From positions 1-9,437 of the forward strand of contig NW_021827935.1 in NCBI RefSeq assembly GCF_006345805.1: DNA of 9,437 bases, written 5' to 3'. The notes under the pieces are model-generated. The model worked only from the letters and a program-made list of their open reading frames with translations. It ran no database searches and was not told where the DNA came from. The DNA comes from Octopus sinensis. Taxonomy: Eukaryota. Below are positions 7,595 through 9,437 of the stretch, in pieces; position 1 is the stretch's first letter, and every line of letters begins with the position of its first letter. The position numbers and the translations under genes are program-made.

Positions 7595-7859
7595 TGGTGG
7601 TGGTGGTGGTGATGGTGGTGGTGATGGTGGTGGTGGTAGTGGTGTGGTGGTTGTTTGTGGTGGTGGTGGTGGTGTGGTGGTGGTGTTGGTGGTGTTGGTG
7701 GTGTTGTGTGGTGGTGGTGTGTGGTGATGGTGGTGATGGTGGTGATGGTGATGTGTGGGTGGTGGTGTGGTGGTGGGTTGGTGGTGGTGGTGGTGGTGGT
7801 GTTGATGTGTGGTGGTGTGGTGGTGGGTGTTTGTGTGGTGGTGGTGGTGGTGGTGGGGG
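7595..7859. repeat. Degenerate (GGT)n/(GAT)/(GT) G-rich microsatellite
   Basis: TGGTGGTGGTGGTGATGGTGG... This explains the Val/Trp/Gly and His/Thr/Pro ORFs in the track. Confidence 0.95.
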
Positions 7860-7976
7860 TATGGGTAGAGGTTTTTTGGGAGTGGTGGGGGGTCATATTT
7901 TCTTTTCTTATTGTCTTCTGTTAATATCAAATTAAATTCTGCTTAATGAATGAATAAATCTGTTTACAAAATTTCA

Positions 7977-8014
7977 GGGGTGGGGTTCAGGGGAGGGAGG
8001 GCCCCTGAGTGGGG
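7977..8014 (+). other. Canonical G-quadruplex-forming motif
   Basis: GGGG-T-GGGG-TTCA-GGGG-A-GGG-A-GGG-CCCCTGAGT-GGGG: six tracts of at least three G. Confidence 0.7.
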
Positions 8015-8019
8015 CAATT

Positions 8020-8424
8020 GTGTGTGTGTGTGTGTGAAAGTCTTGGGAAGCTTGCCATACAGCTATATATATTTTTAACATATGTATATATATATATATA
8101 TATATATAAATGCGTGTGTATATATATTTATATGTATGTGTTTGTGTATATATATATATATATGCATATATGTATGCGTGTGGGTATATATATATATGTA
8201 TGTATGTGTATCTATATATAATATACTACATAAGAATTCATATATATATATAGATACGTGCATACACTCATATAATTATGTATGCATGTGCGCATGTATG
8301 TATGTACGTATGTATGATGTATGTATGTATATATATATATGTATGATGTATGTATGTATATATATATGTATGTATGTATGTATATATGTATGTATGTATG
8401 ATGTATGATGTATGTATGTATGTG

Positions 8425-8457
<33 letters not shown>

Positions 8458-8712
8458 GTATGTATATATGTATGTATGTATGATGTATGATGTATATATG
8501 TATGTATATATGTATGTATGTATGATGTATGATGTATGTATGTATGTATGTACGTATGATGTATATATGATGTATGTATGTATGTATGTATGATGTATAT
8601 ATGATGTATGTATGTTTATATGTATGCATGTATGTATATGTGTGTGTGGATGTATGTATGTATGTATGCATGCATGTATGTATATGTGTGTGTATGTATG
8701 TATGTATATATA
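8020..8712. repeat. Compound (TG)n/(TA)n/(TATG)n/(TATGATG)n array
   Basis: Direct reading. The 7-mer TATGATG recurs at ~8310-8605 among TATG units. Confidence 0.95.
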
Positions 8713-8764
8713 CTCACGCATTCGTTTGTCTTTTTGTTTAACGTTTTCAACCTTCAAATATTCT

Positions 8765-8785
8765 AACATGGCGGCGGCGGTAAAA
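8765..8785 (+). promoter_or_regulatory. YY1-type motif overlapping a possible start codon (ATG GCG GCG GCG|gtaaaa)
   Basis: AACATGGCGGC is the reverse complement of the YY1 core GCCGCCATNTT. About 15 CpGs in 8715-8950. A GT follows the third Ala codon. Confidence 0.3.
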
Positions 8786-8890
8786 AAAAATGTATCGAAA
8801 ATTGCGTAGAATTAAGAGATTAACATCGATGCACCAGCTTGGCCGCAACCATGCCGTAATTATCAAAGCCATCTGAGGAATTAAAAAGCT

Positions 8891-8956
8891 TTAGCATTTA
8901 ATATAGGTCTGCTAAGTACTTTCCGAGTCGGAAAGACGCTGGTTCGAATCAGGGCC
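8891..8956 (+). other. Degenerate tRNA-like fold or old SINE head with a B-box
   Basis: Stems TTAGCA/TGCTAA (8891-8915), CTTTCCG/CGGAAAG (8919-8935) and CTG/CAG around GTTCGAAT. B-box-like GGTTCGAATC at 8941-8950. There is no acceptor stem and no canonical anticodon loop. Confidence 0.3.
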
Positions 8957-9130
8957 ACAGTTGTTAATGATCCGTTCCATCATGGGTTTTTCGTTCCTTG
9001 GTGCAAGTATATGAATTTTGGGTACTCTTATGATACTAATGAGAAATGGATGACTGCCACCACTTCACATCTTTCGTATTCATATATAACAACTATCGCA
9101 GAAGTTCGTTTGAGTATGTAATATACAGTT

Positions 9131-9291
9131 GCATGTGTGGCTGTGTGGTAAGAAGCTGGCTTCTCAGCCATATGGTACTGGGTTCAGTCCCAGTGCGTGG
9201 CATCTTGGGCAAATGTCTTTTACTATAGCCTTGGGACGACCAAAGCCTTGTGAATGGATTTTGGTAGACGGAAACTGAAAGAAGCCCGTCG

Positions 9292-9323
<32 letters not shown>

Positions 9324-9437
9324 GTGTGTGGTGTGTGTGTGTGTGCTTGTCTCCGAGCATCGCTTGAAAACCAGTGGTGGTGTGTTTACGTCCCCGCAAC
9401 TGTTCAGGAAAAAGAGACCGATAGAATGAGTACTACG
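9131..9437 (+). mobile_element. Family A SINE, plus strand, running off the window end
   Basis: GTGGCTGTGTGGTAAGAAG...GGGTTCAGTCCC...GGTAGACGGAAACTGAAAGAAGCCCGTCG, an internal microsatellite at 9292-9345, then GGTGTGTTTACGTCCCCG...GAGACCGATAGAAT. Confidence 0.93.

Noticed and set aside
7525-7935. His/Thr/Pro-rich and Val/Trp/Gly-rich ORFs
   Set aside because: Products of the degenerate (GGT)n repeat; open in several frames on both strands.
769-8809. Numerous Tyr/Ile/Val/Cys/His/Thr-rich ORFs in the track
   Set aside because: They are translations of TA/CA/TG/TATG microsatellites, which lack stop codons in several frames and on both strands.
8885-8945. Superficial similarity to a pistol ribozyme (TTAG...TTAATATAG...CTAAG plus hairpin)
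   Set aside because: The P1 and P2 stems and the cleavage-site context are missing.
1-9437. CRISPR array, prokaryotic operon, autonomous LINE/LTR/DNA transposon ORFs, telomeric repeats
   Set aside because: No regular repeat-spacer pattern, no RT or transposase motifs, no terminal inverted repeats with TSDs, and no TTAGGG arrays.

Overview
Eukaryotic, AT-rich, mostly non-coding DNA. The repeat content fits an octopus (coleoid cephalopod) genome; this is recognition from memory, not a database search. The window is dominated by compound microsatellites (TA, CA, CT, TATG, TCTA, GGT) and about a dozen copies or fragments of tRNA-derived SINEs. The main family is ~410 bp: a tRNA-like head with A/B boxes, a CORE-like motif, an internal (TA)/(TG) microsatellite, a 3' half with two small hairpins, and a (GTAAAAGA)2 tail. 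Two near-identical full-length copies lie at 1949-2357 and 6888-7293 on the minus strand. A second family appears as an internally deleted mini-SINE with a different head but the same tail (2548-2682). All supplied ORFs are microsatellite or SINE artefacts, and no gene can be named. The short unique islands contain two weak exon candidates, two CTCF-like motifs, a canonical G-quadruplex motif, a YY1/ATG promoter-like stretch and a degenerate tRNA-like fold. No confirmed new biological system was found. The most interesting signals concern how the SINEs and microsatellites interact.
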